From: a virus
Lineage: Duplodnaviria; Heunggongvirae; Uroviricota; Caudoviricetes
Length of the DNA stretch: 64,000 bases
IMG/VR virus record: IMGVR_UViG_3300031133_000383
Span: 250,635 to 314,634 of that record
Reading direction: 5' to 3' (one strand)
Below are positions 50,063-58,986 of this stretch, one piece after another. Each line of letters starts with the position of its first letter. Position 1 is the stretch's first letter. The position numbers and the translations under genes are program-made. The notes beneath the pieces were generated by a model that was not told the DNA's origin, did no database searches, and was given only the letters and a program-made list of their open reading frames with translations.

Positions 50063-50226
50063 GAATTAAATCAAGATCTCTTGAAAGCATAGTGGTATTG
50101 TTCTTTTATTACTAGATTAATGACAGTGGCTATCAATGACGTTTTATATTTTAATAACATTTAAAACCATTGCATTTTAGTGCGTTTTTTGTTAGAATCA
50201 AGTATTACCAATAATAGAGATAATAT

Positions 50227-50475
50227 ATGAAAATTGATATTGAAGCCTTCTTAAAAATGAAACCCGATGCATATGTCACTATGCTTAAAAATCTTCATGT
50301 GAAACAAGTCAAACAAATTTATGAAGTACTTCGTGGGTTTGATGATTTTTATGAAGAAATTGAAGAACTTAAAAGATTGACAAAGAATGTATATGGTACA
50401 CTAGAACATGTCCCTAACAAGCAAGAGAGTAAAGCTATTCGACAAGCTCTCCAAAAACAGAAACAATCGAGGTAG
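50227..50475 (+). CDS. Hypothetical protein
   Basis: 82 aa ORF after promoter. Confidence 0.55.
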   Translation: MKIDIEAFLKMKPDAYVTMLKNLHVKQVKQIYEVLRGFDDFYEEIEELKRLTKNVYGTLEHVPNKQESKAIRQALQKQKQSR

Positions 50476-50478
50476 TAA

Positions 50479-50658
50479 ATGAAAACAAGTCAAGAATTTA
50501 AACGCTTTGCTCGAAAGATTATGAAACATTATGGAAAGAAAAATGGAGTTGTTCGCTCTGTTTATCTAGAAAGCCCATCAATGGAACGAAAAGAGATCAA
50601 TAACAAAATTATCAAAGCGAGAAAAGATATTGCTTGGAAAAATGAAATTAACGATTAA
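50479..50658 (+). CDS. Small basic hypothetical protein (59 aa)
   Basis: Hand translation MKTSQEFKRFARKIMKHYG...WKNEIND; SD GAGGT; not in ORF track. Confidence 0.5.
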   Translation: MKTSQEFKRFARKIMKHYGKKNGVVRSVYLESPSMERKEINNKIIKARKDIAWKNEIND

Positions 50659-51214
50659 ACTTACAGGAGCCTTTGCAACGCTCTTACTGTGGGGGTGCTC
50701 AACTCATTCTAACGATGAGTATGGAACTGTCTCATCAGGAGATTCGTCTGCCAGTTATATTCAGTGGAATGAAAACTATGCAGTGACCGTAAAGCATATT
50801 AAACAATTAGACAGTTATGTTTATCTTTCTGGTAAATATGACATACAGTTTTTTGAAAAAAAATCTACCAAAATACCTAAATGGAGGTCTTTAAAATCTA
50901 AGGAATCTCTTACGATGTCTGGTTTTTATAACGGTGAACATATATCACTAGAAGGCCATGATATGGGCATTAATGTAAAGCCTAATAGTACGCCTATTCC
51001 TGTATACAGAGTAGTTGATGTTGCTATTAAGCCCGGTATGTCAGGAGGCCCAGTAACAGGAGATGATGGAGCCGTTGTTGGCATGAATATTGGGTTTTCC
51101 AAAGAGTCTTTGAATTTTGGTGAAAGGTCTTATAAGATTTCTGTGTATATACCCTATGAAATCATCTTAAAAGAATGGATAAATTATCAAAAAATTCTTG
51201 ATGAAGATGATTGA
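50642..51214 (+). CDS. Trypsin-like serine protease lipoprotein
   Basis: Lipobox LWGC; TVKH, YDI, PGMSGGPV give His/Asp/Ser triad. Confidence 0.75.
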   Translation: MKLTIKLTGAFATLLLWGCSTHSNDEYGTVSSGDSSASYIQWNENYAVTVKHIKQLDSYVYLSGKYDIQFFEKKSTKIPKWRSLKSKESLTMSGFYNGEHISLEGHDMGINVKPNSTPIPVYRVVDVAIKPGMSGGPVTGDDGAVVGMNIGFSKESLNFGERSYKISVYIPYEIILKEWINYQKILDEDD

Positions 51215-51402
51215 AACCTCTATAATAGACACTTCAAGACGGAAATCGTCTTTATCATAACCGGCTATTGCTGCGTTTAATTAAAACTAAAAATTAACAC
51301 CATGATTGTAGTGCGTACAAGCAATAATAAAAATAACAAGACGCTTCTGCCTTATTAACTGCCACACTATTTTATGACAGTATTTAATTGACAGGAGAGA
51401 CT

Positions 51403-51561
51403 ATGTATAAATTTAAACGTGCTATGCTGATGACATTGGCTATTGGTTTTGTTGGCGGTGGTGATCATAGTCAACATCATGACCGTCATCCTTCACAATC
51501 AAAAGTCAGACGTTTTTCAACACTGACTCAAAAGAAACATCAAGTGTTTCATCCTAAATAA
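51403..51561 (+). CDS. Small His-rich hypothetical protein (52 aa)
   Basis: SD AGGAG; followed by terminator GGAGCC-GTCA-GGCTC-T7. Confidence 0.45.
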   Translation: MYKFKRAMLMTLAIGFVGGGDHSQHHDRHPSQSKVRRFSTLTQKKHQVFHPK

Positions 51562-51645
51562 AATTTGGAGCCGTCAGGCTCTTTTTTTATTGATAATTTT
51601 TAAAATTCATGTATACTGGCTAATATTAAAATATATGGAGACTTT

Positions 51646-52326
51646 ATGAAATCGCTTGATGGTGCATCACCCGAAAAGCCAGATCCTATTTTTGAAGCTG
51701 CAACAGCAAAATTAAAAAAGTTTCGTCATATTATGTCAAAAACCATTGATAAAAAATTTTCTATCAATACACATGATTTTAAATTTTATATAACCCCTGT
51801 TGTAGAAAAATATCTGATTGGTCAATCGTTTCATCATGTGTATGTTTCTCAAATTAATAATAGGGGATTCAATTTTTATATTAATATTTATAATAGTGTT
51901 CATCATGCTGATATAACTTTTACTATTCAAAACGACTACCTTAAAACCAATCTGCGTAATATTCTGGCTTTTTTTGAAACATTTTATAAAGATGTCTCTA
52001 TTGTTTATATGGCAAACTGTAAGACCAGTCGTTCAATGAATAATATTTTTTCATCATGGTTCTTGCCTGATTTAGAAGTTTATCAGTCTAATTTTAAGTT
52101 TTTTGGTCGTAATCCCATCTATAAATCAGCTTTGCCTTGGGATGTTAGTCAAAAAATCGAAATGCTTGATTTTCTAGAAGGGGATGAACTTCACTTTGTA
52201 CAACAATTTATTGATCTGTATCGTGAACATGTCATTCCTAAAGATATTTTGTTTAATTTCGACTTTACAGCACCACCAGACGATATGAGAAACTATCTTG
52301 ACATGATTAAAATGATTAAATTTTAA
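51646..52326 (+). CDS. Hypothetical protein with shared C-terminal motif
   Basis: SD GGAG; ends MIKMIKF. Confidence 0.65.
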   Translation: MKSLDGASPEKPDPIFEAATAKLKKFRHIMSKTIDKKFSINTHDFKFYITPVVEKYLIGQSFHHVYVSQINNRGFNFYINIYNSVHHADITFTIQNDYLKTNLRNILAFFETFYKDVSIVYMANCKTSRSMNNIFSSWFLPDLEVYQSNFKFFGRNPIYKSALPWDVSQKIEMLDFLEGDELHFVQQFIDLYREHVIPKDILFNFDFTAPPDDMRNYLDMIKMIKF

Positions 52327-52328
52327 AC

Positions 52329-52353
52329 AAAAAAACCGTCGCTTGACGGTTTT
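52329..52353. terminator. Bidirectional terminator
   Basis: A7-CCGTC-GCTT-GACGG-TTTT between convergent genes. Confidence 0.8.
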
Positions 52354-52372
52354 CTTTATTGAACGTTTATAT

Positions 52373-53740
52373 TTATAAAATATCTTTACCCGTTCTTGTT
52401 TTATAAGACTGGTAATGGATATCTTTCTTCAACGCTTCTGCACTCATTGTATCAGCCGAGTTCAATGTATTTGTCAATGTTGAGAGCGATGCAGAAATTC
52501 GAGAGTCTGTGTAAGCTGCTCCTATATCGTTTAGCATTCCTGTAGCCCCACGAAGAAGACCTTTAGCACCTTCAAGATTACCGGCTGCAATTTGAGCACT
52601 GGCTTCCAATTTGTTTTTGGCTATAATCAACAATGTTTCCTGAATCTTAACTTCTTGATTGAATTCCAGTTTTTCCCACTTTTTAGAGCTTGTAGTAGGT
52701 AGTTCAACTGTTACAGTTTGGTTGACTTTATTACCATTTTCATCTTTGTATTCTAAATTCAATTCACCTATAACTACTTTTTCACCTGACTTTTTAGGGT
52801 ATGTTGTATCCAATTTGAACAATAATGATAATTTAGATTCTGATAGAACATTGGCTAAATGATAAACACCCTCTTTTATTTCAAAACAATTCATCTGATC
52901 GGCCACTTTGAATCCTTCATTAAGAGTCAATGTAAACTTTATTTCAGATCCTGCAATGTTTGCCATACCCGTAAATTCTTCTGCAAACATCTGGTCGAAT
53001 TCCTTTTCATCTTTGATGTAATAGAAATTGCCACCACCACTTTCAGTCATGGATTGAAGAAGATTTTCATTAAAACTGTCACCAACACCAAATGTTGAAG
53101 TGGTAATGCCACTCTTATAAAGGGCCGCTACATCAGCCGCAATTTCTTTGGAATTAGTTACACCAATACCTGTTTCACCATCAGTGAGGACCATGACACG
53201 ATTGATATATTTTTCTTTGAGATTTTTAACAACCTCAGTGGCTCCTGTTACCCAGCCTTCATGAAGATTAGTCCCACCCATAGCACGCAGACCACTAACT
53301 TTTGTAATCATTTCCAATTTACTATTGGCAGATACTTGTTTGGCATCAATTATAATTTGGGCTTTATTAGAAAACACAACCAATGATACATAATCACCAT
53401 CTTTTAAACTCTCAATGGCTTTAATTGCTGCTTTCTTGACTAATTCAATTTTTGTAATCGATGGTACATTGAAATGATTGTTTGGAAAATTTTCAAGTCC
53501 ATTAAACTGACTGTTAAATAGTTTATTTTTTAGTATTACACCGCGTTCAAATTGATTGCTTCTGCCAATATAATCAGACATTGAACCCGAAACGTCGATG
53601 ACTAAACTAAGATTAAGCTTTTGACGTTTAACCGCTTTTGAAACTTGTTTTTTCTGACCTTCAAGCTCTACCAAGAACAGAGCATCCTTGGAATTCATAT
53701 TCAGAGCGGCTTTTTCTGCTAAGTATTTAATATTGATCAT
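52373..53740 (-). CDS. von Willebrand factor A domain protein
   Basis: MIDAS DVSGS, GGTNLHEG, VLTDGE, GVG..FNE.LL..M...GGGNFYYI. Confidence 0.85.
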   Translation of the reverse strand: MINIKYLAEKAALNMNSKDALFLVELEGQKKQVSKAVKRQKLNLSLVIDVSGSMSDYIGRSNQFERGVILKNKLFNSQFNGLENFPNNHFNVPSITKIELVKKAAIKAIESLKDGDYVSLVVFSNKAQIIIDAKQVSANSKLEMITKVSGLRAMGGTNLHEGWVTGATEVVKNLKEKYINRVMVLTDGETGIGVTNSKEIAADVAALYKSGITTSTFGVGDSFNENLLQSMTESGGGNFYYIKDEKEFDQMFAEEFTGMANIAGSEIKFTLTLNEGFKVADQMNCFEIKEGVYHLANVLSESKLSLLFKLDTTYPKKSGEKVVIGELNLEYKDENGNKVNQTVTVELPTTSSKKWEKLEFNQEVKIQETLLIIAKNKLEASAQIAAGNLEGAKGLLRGATGMLNDIGAAYTDSRISASLSTLTNTLNSADTMSAEALKKDIHYQSYKTRTGKDIL

Positions 53741-53742
53741 GA

Positions 53743-54426
53743 TTATTCTCCTATTCCTAATATTTGTTTAATTTTTTCAAGAATTTCTTCTTTATTGACT
53801 GGGTTATAGTTTTGTTCCATTTTTAAGTATAGCTTTCCTGTATTATCTAAAGGAATTTCACTAAACACTTTAATGTTGTGCTTTTGTGATTCTACATATT
53901 CCAAGCTCTTTTTCATAACAGAAGATTTTTCCAATAACTCAGATCCTACGGACCTACCCAATGATCCTACTGCTCTAGGTGATTGACTGCCGCCTATCAT
54001 GAAATTAGCTGGTTGTACATTATGGTTGTTAGTGGGCATCATGGTTCTAGCTTTTATAGCTTCCAACACACTTAAAGCATCAAACTGTGCAATAGATGCA
54101 GATGCCTCACTGGTATCGTTCACCGCGTTTGAACTCATGTATGAGGTTGAAATCATATTTTTCAACATTTTTTCACCTACCCCTTCTTTTTGAAGCTCCT
54201 TGATTCCAAGAATTTGAGTGACATGAGAATCATCAAAATAGTTTTTGCGGCCTTCTTTCAGTGGACTTCCAATCATGTCTTTCGACATCCAGTCTGTGAT
54301 TTTTCGAGGTGTTACGATATCAGATACACGCCCATCTGAACTCTTTCCAATATATTTATTTTCTTCAAGTCTTTTGTTGACTTCATTCGCTAATTCATCT
54401 AATGTATAACGTTTCAGCATTACCAT
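53743..54426 (-). CDS. MerR-like HTH protein
   Basis: YTLDELA...DGRVSD..TPRKI..W...GR..YF...HV.QIL.IK.LQ.EG; translationally adjacent to vWA gene. Confidence 0.6.
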   Translation of the reverse strand: MVMLKRYTLDELANEVNKRLEENKYIGKSSDGRVSDIVTPRKITDWMSKDMIGSPLKEGRKNYFDDSHVTQILGIKELQKEGVGEKMLKNMISTSYMSSNAVNDTSEASASIAQFDALSVLEAIKARTMMPTNNHNVQPANFMIGGSQSPRAVGSLGRSVGSELLEKSSVMKKSLEYVESQKHNIKVFSEIPLDNTGKLYLKMEQNYNPVNKEEILEKIKQILGIGE

Positions 54427-54567
54427 ATTCTCCGTTGATAGATTTAATTTACATCAATTGATGTAAGTTGTCAATATATAATGTAAATTAAATTGAAAAT
54501 ACTATAATGCTATGTTATGATATTGATTTACAGCCATTTTCTAAATATAATTTATGGAGTTTGTTAT

Positions 54568-55347
54568 ATGCTTACTAATAGAACTAAAAAATTTATTAAA
54601 ACTTTTTTATTTGATACCTATGATATTTGTTGTCAGAGCATCCGTATCCCAGCAGGATTTTACTATGGTTCACAATCTTATATACTTCATTGCACTTCAA
54701 ATGACATTAAATTTCAGATGTCATTAACTATAACAATTAACCAGTCTGATATTTTCACTGATGACCAACCTCGTGATTTATCATTTAATTTAACCATTAA
54801 TCCTCTTGTTGCTAATGATGTTAAATCTTTATCAAATTTTATTCACAATCACTTATTGGTTCAACAATTGGACAGTATCAATTCTGAAAATGCAATGGGC
54901 CTGAAAGACAATCTTTCTTTGTGTATGTTTTGTAGTCACATTAGCTTGTTGTCTGGTTACATGATCAAGGACAAGGGTTGTTTCTCCGTCGAAGAATATA
55001 ATAAAGAAATTTGTATCCTTGCCGATATTTCAGCACATGAAACCTATGGACAATTTTTGAATCAAGGTTACAGGCTGTTATCAATTGGAATTGAAGGTGA
55101 AAAATTTGTTTATGAATTTTCTTGGTATGAAGGTATATCAAAGCATAAAGAAATAAACACATCCTATAATCTATCCATACAATCCGATATTTTAAAATTT
55201 AAAGGATCAGCTTTTAAAGAATATATCAACTATGCGGTTAAAAAACAACTGATAACACATTCTTATATTGAGAATTTAAGTATGGATGGGCTATCTTATG
55301 AGGAATTGTTGCAGTATCTGAAGATTCAAAAGATGTACCAAATTTAA
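54568..55347 (+). CDS. Hypothetical protein with shared C-terminal motif
   Basis: SD GGAG; ends IQKMYQI. Confidence 0.65.
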   Translation: MLTNRTKKFIKTFLFDTYDICCQSIRIPAGFYYGSQSYILHCTSNDIKFQMSLTITINQSDIFTDDQPRDLSFNLTINPLVANDVKSLSNFIHNHLLVQQLDSINSENAMGLKDNLSLCMFCSHISLLSGYMIKDKGCFSVEEYNKEICILADISAHETYGQFLNQGYRLLSIGIEGEKFVYEFSWYEGISKHKEINTSYNLSIQSDILKFKGSAFKEYINYAVKKQLITHSYIENLSMDGLSYEELLQYLKIQKMYQI

Positions 55348-55404
55348 CTTTCAATCTGATTGAATTTATGTTAATATCTAATCAAACGAAATAGAGGTTA
55401 AATT

Positions 55405-55875
55405 ATGTGTAAAGTTCTTGAATTTCCTAAGAGAAAAACCGTCATTGATGCAGAAACCCTTGAAAATTATGTGGCTGTTTTAGAAAAGAAGAAAAATATT
55501 GTTTTCAGGCAAGATATGATTTTATCATCTTCTAATATTAATCGTTTGTTTAGTGGCTGTCATAATGCCTATGGTGAACTGCCAGAAAAACAATACAAGC
55601 TATTGCTGACCTTTCATAATCAGCCTTCATTAGAAACATGGAATATGATTAAAAATATCTTTATCTTTGGCCGTGTAACCCCACTTGATATGGCTATTAC
55701 TTATGATATAAAAAATCAGGAAATCGATGAATATCCAAGTAAAGCAGACTTTATGTTGTATTTCTCTGCTTATAAACAAAAAACGCTCCTGAGCAATGCT
55801 AGACTTATTTCTAATTATGACAGGTTGCTTCATGAAACAGAAATTAAATATCCAGAAATAAAAAATATTTTTTAA
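55405..55875 (+). CDS. Hypothetical protein
   Basis: SD GAGGT; 156 aa. Confidence 0.6.
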   Translation: MCKVLEFPKRKTVIDAETLENYVAVLEKKKNIVFRQDMILSSSNINRLFSGCHNAYGELPEKQYKLLLTFHNQPSLETWNMIKNIFIFGRVTPLDMAITYDIKNQEIDEYPSKADFMLYFSAYKQKTLLSNARLISNYDRLLHETEIKYPEIKNIF

Positions 55876-55889
55876 TAGGCGTCATTTTA

Positions 55890-56294
55890 ATGAAAATTAT
55901 TATACAAGATATTGAAAATAAAGATAATGCTTATCATGTTGTCAAGAATTTCGACTCTTTTAATATCAAGCGTGCTGTTGAATTTGCCATCAAACAAGAA
56001 TATGGTGGTGGAGCAAAAATTGAAGGTTTATGTATGAATCCTTCTGTTCATCATCATGCTGATTATGTCATTGTGACAGGTGTTGAATATGATGGTTCTG
56101 GCACTGAACGATATCCGGTACTTTGTAATGGTGATACACTTTATCTTGAAAAGTCTGTATTGAAGCGTTTGACAACCAAAGTACGTATTGAAATTAAGCT
56201 AGATACATTAGCTCAAAAAAAATTAAATTGTTTACAAAAATTAATTAAAGAAATTAAATTTAGAAAAATGATAAAGAGTCAGTTTGATAATTGA
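55890..56294 (+). CDS. Hypothetical protein
   Basis: 134 aa ORF. Confidence 0.6.
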   Translation: MKIIIQDIENKDNAYHVVKNFDSFNIKRAVEFAIKQEYGGGAKIEGLCMNPSVHHHADYVIVTGVEYDGSGTERYPVLCNGDTLYLEKSVLKRLTTKVRIEIKLDTLAQKKLNCLQKLIKEIKFRKMIKSQFDN

Positions 56295-56348
56295 TTTTTA
56301 TTGTAAAATAACGTATGCTTATAAAATAATTGAAAAATAGGAGTTTTT

Positions 56349-56618
56349 ATGATTGACGGTATTAGTGAAGAGTTTTCAATCGCTGTTGATAAAGCGATTA
56401 TGAAAAAAGGTGAAAAAGGAATTCGTGATGTTGTCACTCAGTATATGTTTGGTGAAAAAAAATTATTTAACTCATCATGGGGTAAGTTAAGTCAAGATGA
56501 TAGGCTTGTATTTGTTGATCGCTTTATTGATAATGTAAAAGCAAGTTATCAATCAGATGGCCGTACTGGTGTTTGTTGCTACATTCAAAATTTTAATAAT
56601 CAAGGAGTTTCTGTTTGA
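56349..56618 (+). CDS. Hypothetical protein
   Basis: SD AGGAG; 89 aa. Confidence 0.6.
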   Translation: MIDGISEEFSIAVDKAIMKKGEKGIRDVVTQYMFGEKKLFNSSWGKLSQDDRLVFVDRFIDNVKASYQSDGRTGVCCYIQNFNNQGVSV

Positions 56619-56881
56619 TGAAAGTTATTACACTGATTTATGATCCAGTCGAAGGCCAACCAATTCCAGATTCTAAAGTGGTAAGCTCTGTGTCTTCCTT
56701 TCTTGATGTCTTTAAACGCGAAGTGTATTTTAAATCAACTTTTGGGAATTTTAGAATTATTGAAGAGTTTATCAGACAATCTGTTGAACGTGGAATTTCG
56801 CTAGATAACATTGCAATTATTTATAAGATTGCAGGTCAGGAAATTACAATAAATACAAGCAATGATCCCTCATCGTATTGA
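56615..56881 (+). CDS. Hypothetical protein
   Basis: SD AAGGAG; overlaps upstream stop. Confidence 0.55.
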   Translation: MMKVITLIYDPVEGQPIPDSKVVSSVSSFLDVFKREVYFKSTFGNFRIIEEFIRQSVERGISLDNIAIIYKIAGQEITINTSNDPSSY

Positions 56882-56931
56882 TTTTTTTCTTGTCTTGTAG
56901 TATACTAAACCTCTAATTAATTGGAGGTTTT

Positions 56932-57582
56932 ATGAAAATTATTCTTGTTGGTGCTCCCGGCTCAGGAAAGGGTACACAAGCTAAATTCATTTCTCAAAAG
57001 CTTAATGTCCCTCACATTTCCACTGGCGATATGCTCCGCGAAGAAAAAGACAGTGGATCTGAACGTGGTAATCTCATAAAATCTCTTATTGATAATGGTC
57101 AATTCGTATCAGATGAGTTAATTATCTCTATTGTCGAACATCGTATTGCTCAATCTGACTGTGCCAATGGCTTTATTTTGGATGGTTTTCCTAGGACATT
57201 GAATCAGGCTACTAAAATGATTGAAATGGGTATCACCATCGATCATGTTATTGAAATTTTTGTACCTTTTGATCTAATTATTGAACGTATTACCGGTCGC
57301 TTGATGCATACCCAGTCAGGTCGAGTCTACCATACTGTTTTCAATAAACCAAAGGTAGCAGGACTTGATGATATTACCGGTGAATCTCTGACTCAACGCA
57401 GTGACGATACTGTTGAGTTTGTAACCGAACGTCTCAAAGATTATGAAAAAAAGACGCTGCCTGTTGTCAACTTCTATCAAGAACTAGCCCTGAGCAAAAA
57501 TAATTTTAAGTTCTCTCGTATTGATGGTGTTGGAACATTGGATGAAATTACTGCACATGTTTATAATAGCCTGTCTATTTGA
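56932..57582 (+). CDS. adk: Adenylate kinase
   Basis: GAPGSGKGTQA P-loop, HISTGDMLR, GFILDGFPRT, LID RLMHTQSGRVYH of the Gram-negative (non-Cys) type. Confidence 0.93.
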   Translation: MKIILVGAPGSGKGTQAKFISQKLNVPHISTGDMLREEKDSGSERGNLIKSLIDNGQFVSDELIISIVEHRIAQSDCANGFILDGFPRTLNQATKMIEMGITIDHVIEIFVPFDLIIERITGRLMHTQSGRVYHTVFNKPKVAGLDDITGESLTQRSDDTVEFVTERLKDYEKKTLPVVNFYQELALSKNNFKFSRIDGVGTLDEITAHVYNSLSI

Positions 57583-57800
57583 ATGAATTAGTTCAGTTAA
57601 ATACAAAATTCAGTCTGGTTCATGTGGACATTTCTATGTTTAATATCAATTCAATATCAAAGATTAATAGCATAATAAGGCCCGTCAAAATCATGATTTG
57701 ACAGATTTGATACCAGAGGATTGGGTGTAATTTATCTTTCACCCTTGTAATTGTCTCAAAAAGATGTATAATAAGACCAACCAATTATGTTGGAGGTTTT

Positions 57801-57956
57801 ATGGATAACTATTTCTTTACTAACCTATTCATGTTGATTATGTTAGTAGCAGCACTAGTGCCCGTCAGCTTTATATTCTTTCTTAACAATACGTTTTCAC
57901 CAAGAAAGAGAAAGTCACCTACAATAAATCTGGATGCTCTTGATGGTAAAGAGTAA
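57801..57956 (+). CDS. Small membrane protein (51 aa)
   Basis: SD GGAGG; single hydrophobic helix; terminator downstream; not in ORF track. Confidence 0.55.
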   Translation: MDNYFFTNLFMLIMLVAALVPVSFIFFLNNTFSPRKRKSPTINLDALDGKE

Positions 57957-58098
57957 GTGTCAAATTAAAGCTGCCTAGCAGCTTTTCTTTTTTCATAATC
58001 ATGTCATAATTGATTTTTAATTTATGGATGTTGCTAATCTTTTTAATTTTTGGTATAATAAGCATCACTTAATTCACTAGCCTTTAAAGGAAAAAAAC

Positions 58099-58647
58099 AT
58101 GACTTACCAAGCCTTGGAAATGCAGAAGTTTGTAAAAGAACATTATCGACTCAGCCCCGTTTCAGAAATGGAATTTGCTTTTGAACCACATGGTGAAACT
58201 GATCAGCATAAACGTAATTCATCACTTGCTTTCACCAAGCGAATAAAGGCTCTTGATCCTGTTCTACAAGAAATGTTTGATGTTCAGCACAAGTTATTTT
58301 TGTGTTTCAACGAAATGCCTGTGGTGTTTAAACTCGGATTCAATTATCATGCTTTCAATGCACTGGCCCCCTTGTATGCGAAGCTAGAAAAAACTGTCAA
58401 AGAGTTTCAGAAAACACTAAAAAAACATTCTGGCCAACCCGAAGTTGTAGAATACTATAAAGAGCTTGAGCCTTTTCTTGCTGTTAGTGTTTATGACATG
58501 ATGAAATCTGATTTTGCTCTATTCGAATCTGAAACTGTGAAGCGTATGTCTGAAAACAAGGCGTCTGATCCTGTATGGGATCATTGGGATTCTGAATTTA
58601 TCAACTGGGAAATGGTGAATCAGCTTTACAAAGAAGCTAAAAAGTAA
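58099..58647 (+). CDS. Hypothetical protein
   Basis: SD AAGGA; terminator AAAAAAGACCT..AGGTCTTTTT follows. Confidence 0.65.
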   Translation: MTYQALEMQKFVKEHYRLSPVSEMEFAFEPHGETDQHKRNSSLAFTKRIKALDPVLQEMFDVQHKLFLCFNEMPVVFKLGFNYHAFNALAPLYAKLEKTVKEFQKTLKKHSGQPEVVEYYKELEPFLAVSVYDMMKSDFALFESETVKRMSENKASDPVWDHWDSEFINWEMVNQLYKEAKK

Positions 58648-58846
58648 AAAATAGTCAAAAAAGACCTTTCTTGAGGTCTTTTTTGTTTTTATGGTTTTAA
58701 ATTTTTTAATTATGGCTTCATTACTAAAAAAGATCTGGAAAATTAAAAATTTAATGTTATTGAAAAAACTACTTTTCGAATGTTTTTTTTTGATTTTTGT
58801 TATAATTTTTGTTATTGTTTAAAATAGAATAAATAAGGAGTTCTTG

Positions 58847-58982
58847 ATGCTTAATTCTGTTACTTTATTGTTTGATACACATAAACGTCCACCACTTAAA
58901 TCCATTGTTGAAGCTTTGAAGTCTGGTCTAGATGATAAACGTATCATTGTATCCACTAATCCTGAAGATCATGACTACTGCC
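58847..58982 (+). pseudogene. 5' part of gene interrupted by IS607
   Basis: SD AAGGAG, MLNSVTLLFD...EDHDYC; joins in frame to 61376..61881 when the IS is removed. Confidence 0.7.
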
Positions 58983-58986
58983 GTTC

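Noticed and set aside
57684-57702. Imperfect palindrome GTCAAAATCATGATTTGAC
   Set aside because: Single imperfect copy in AT-rich DNA with no clear promoter overlap
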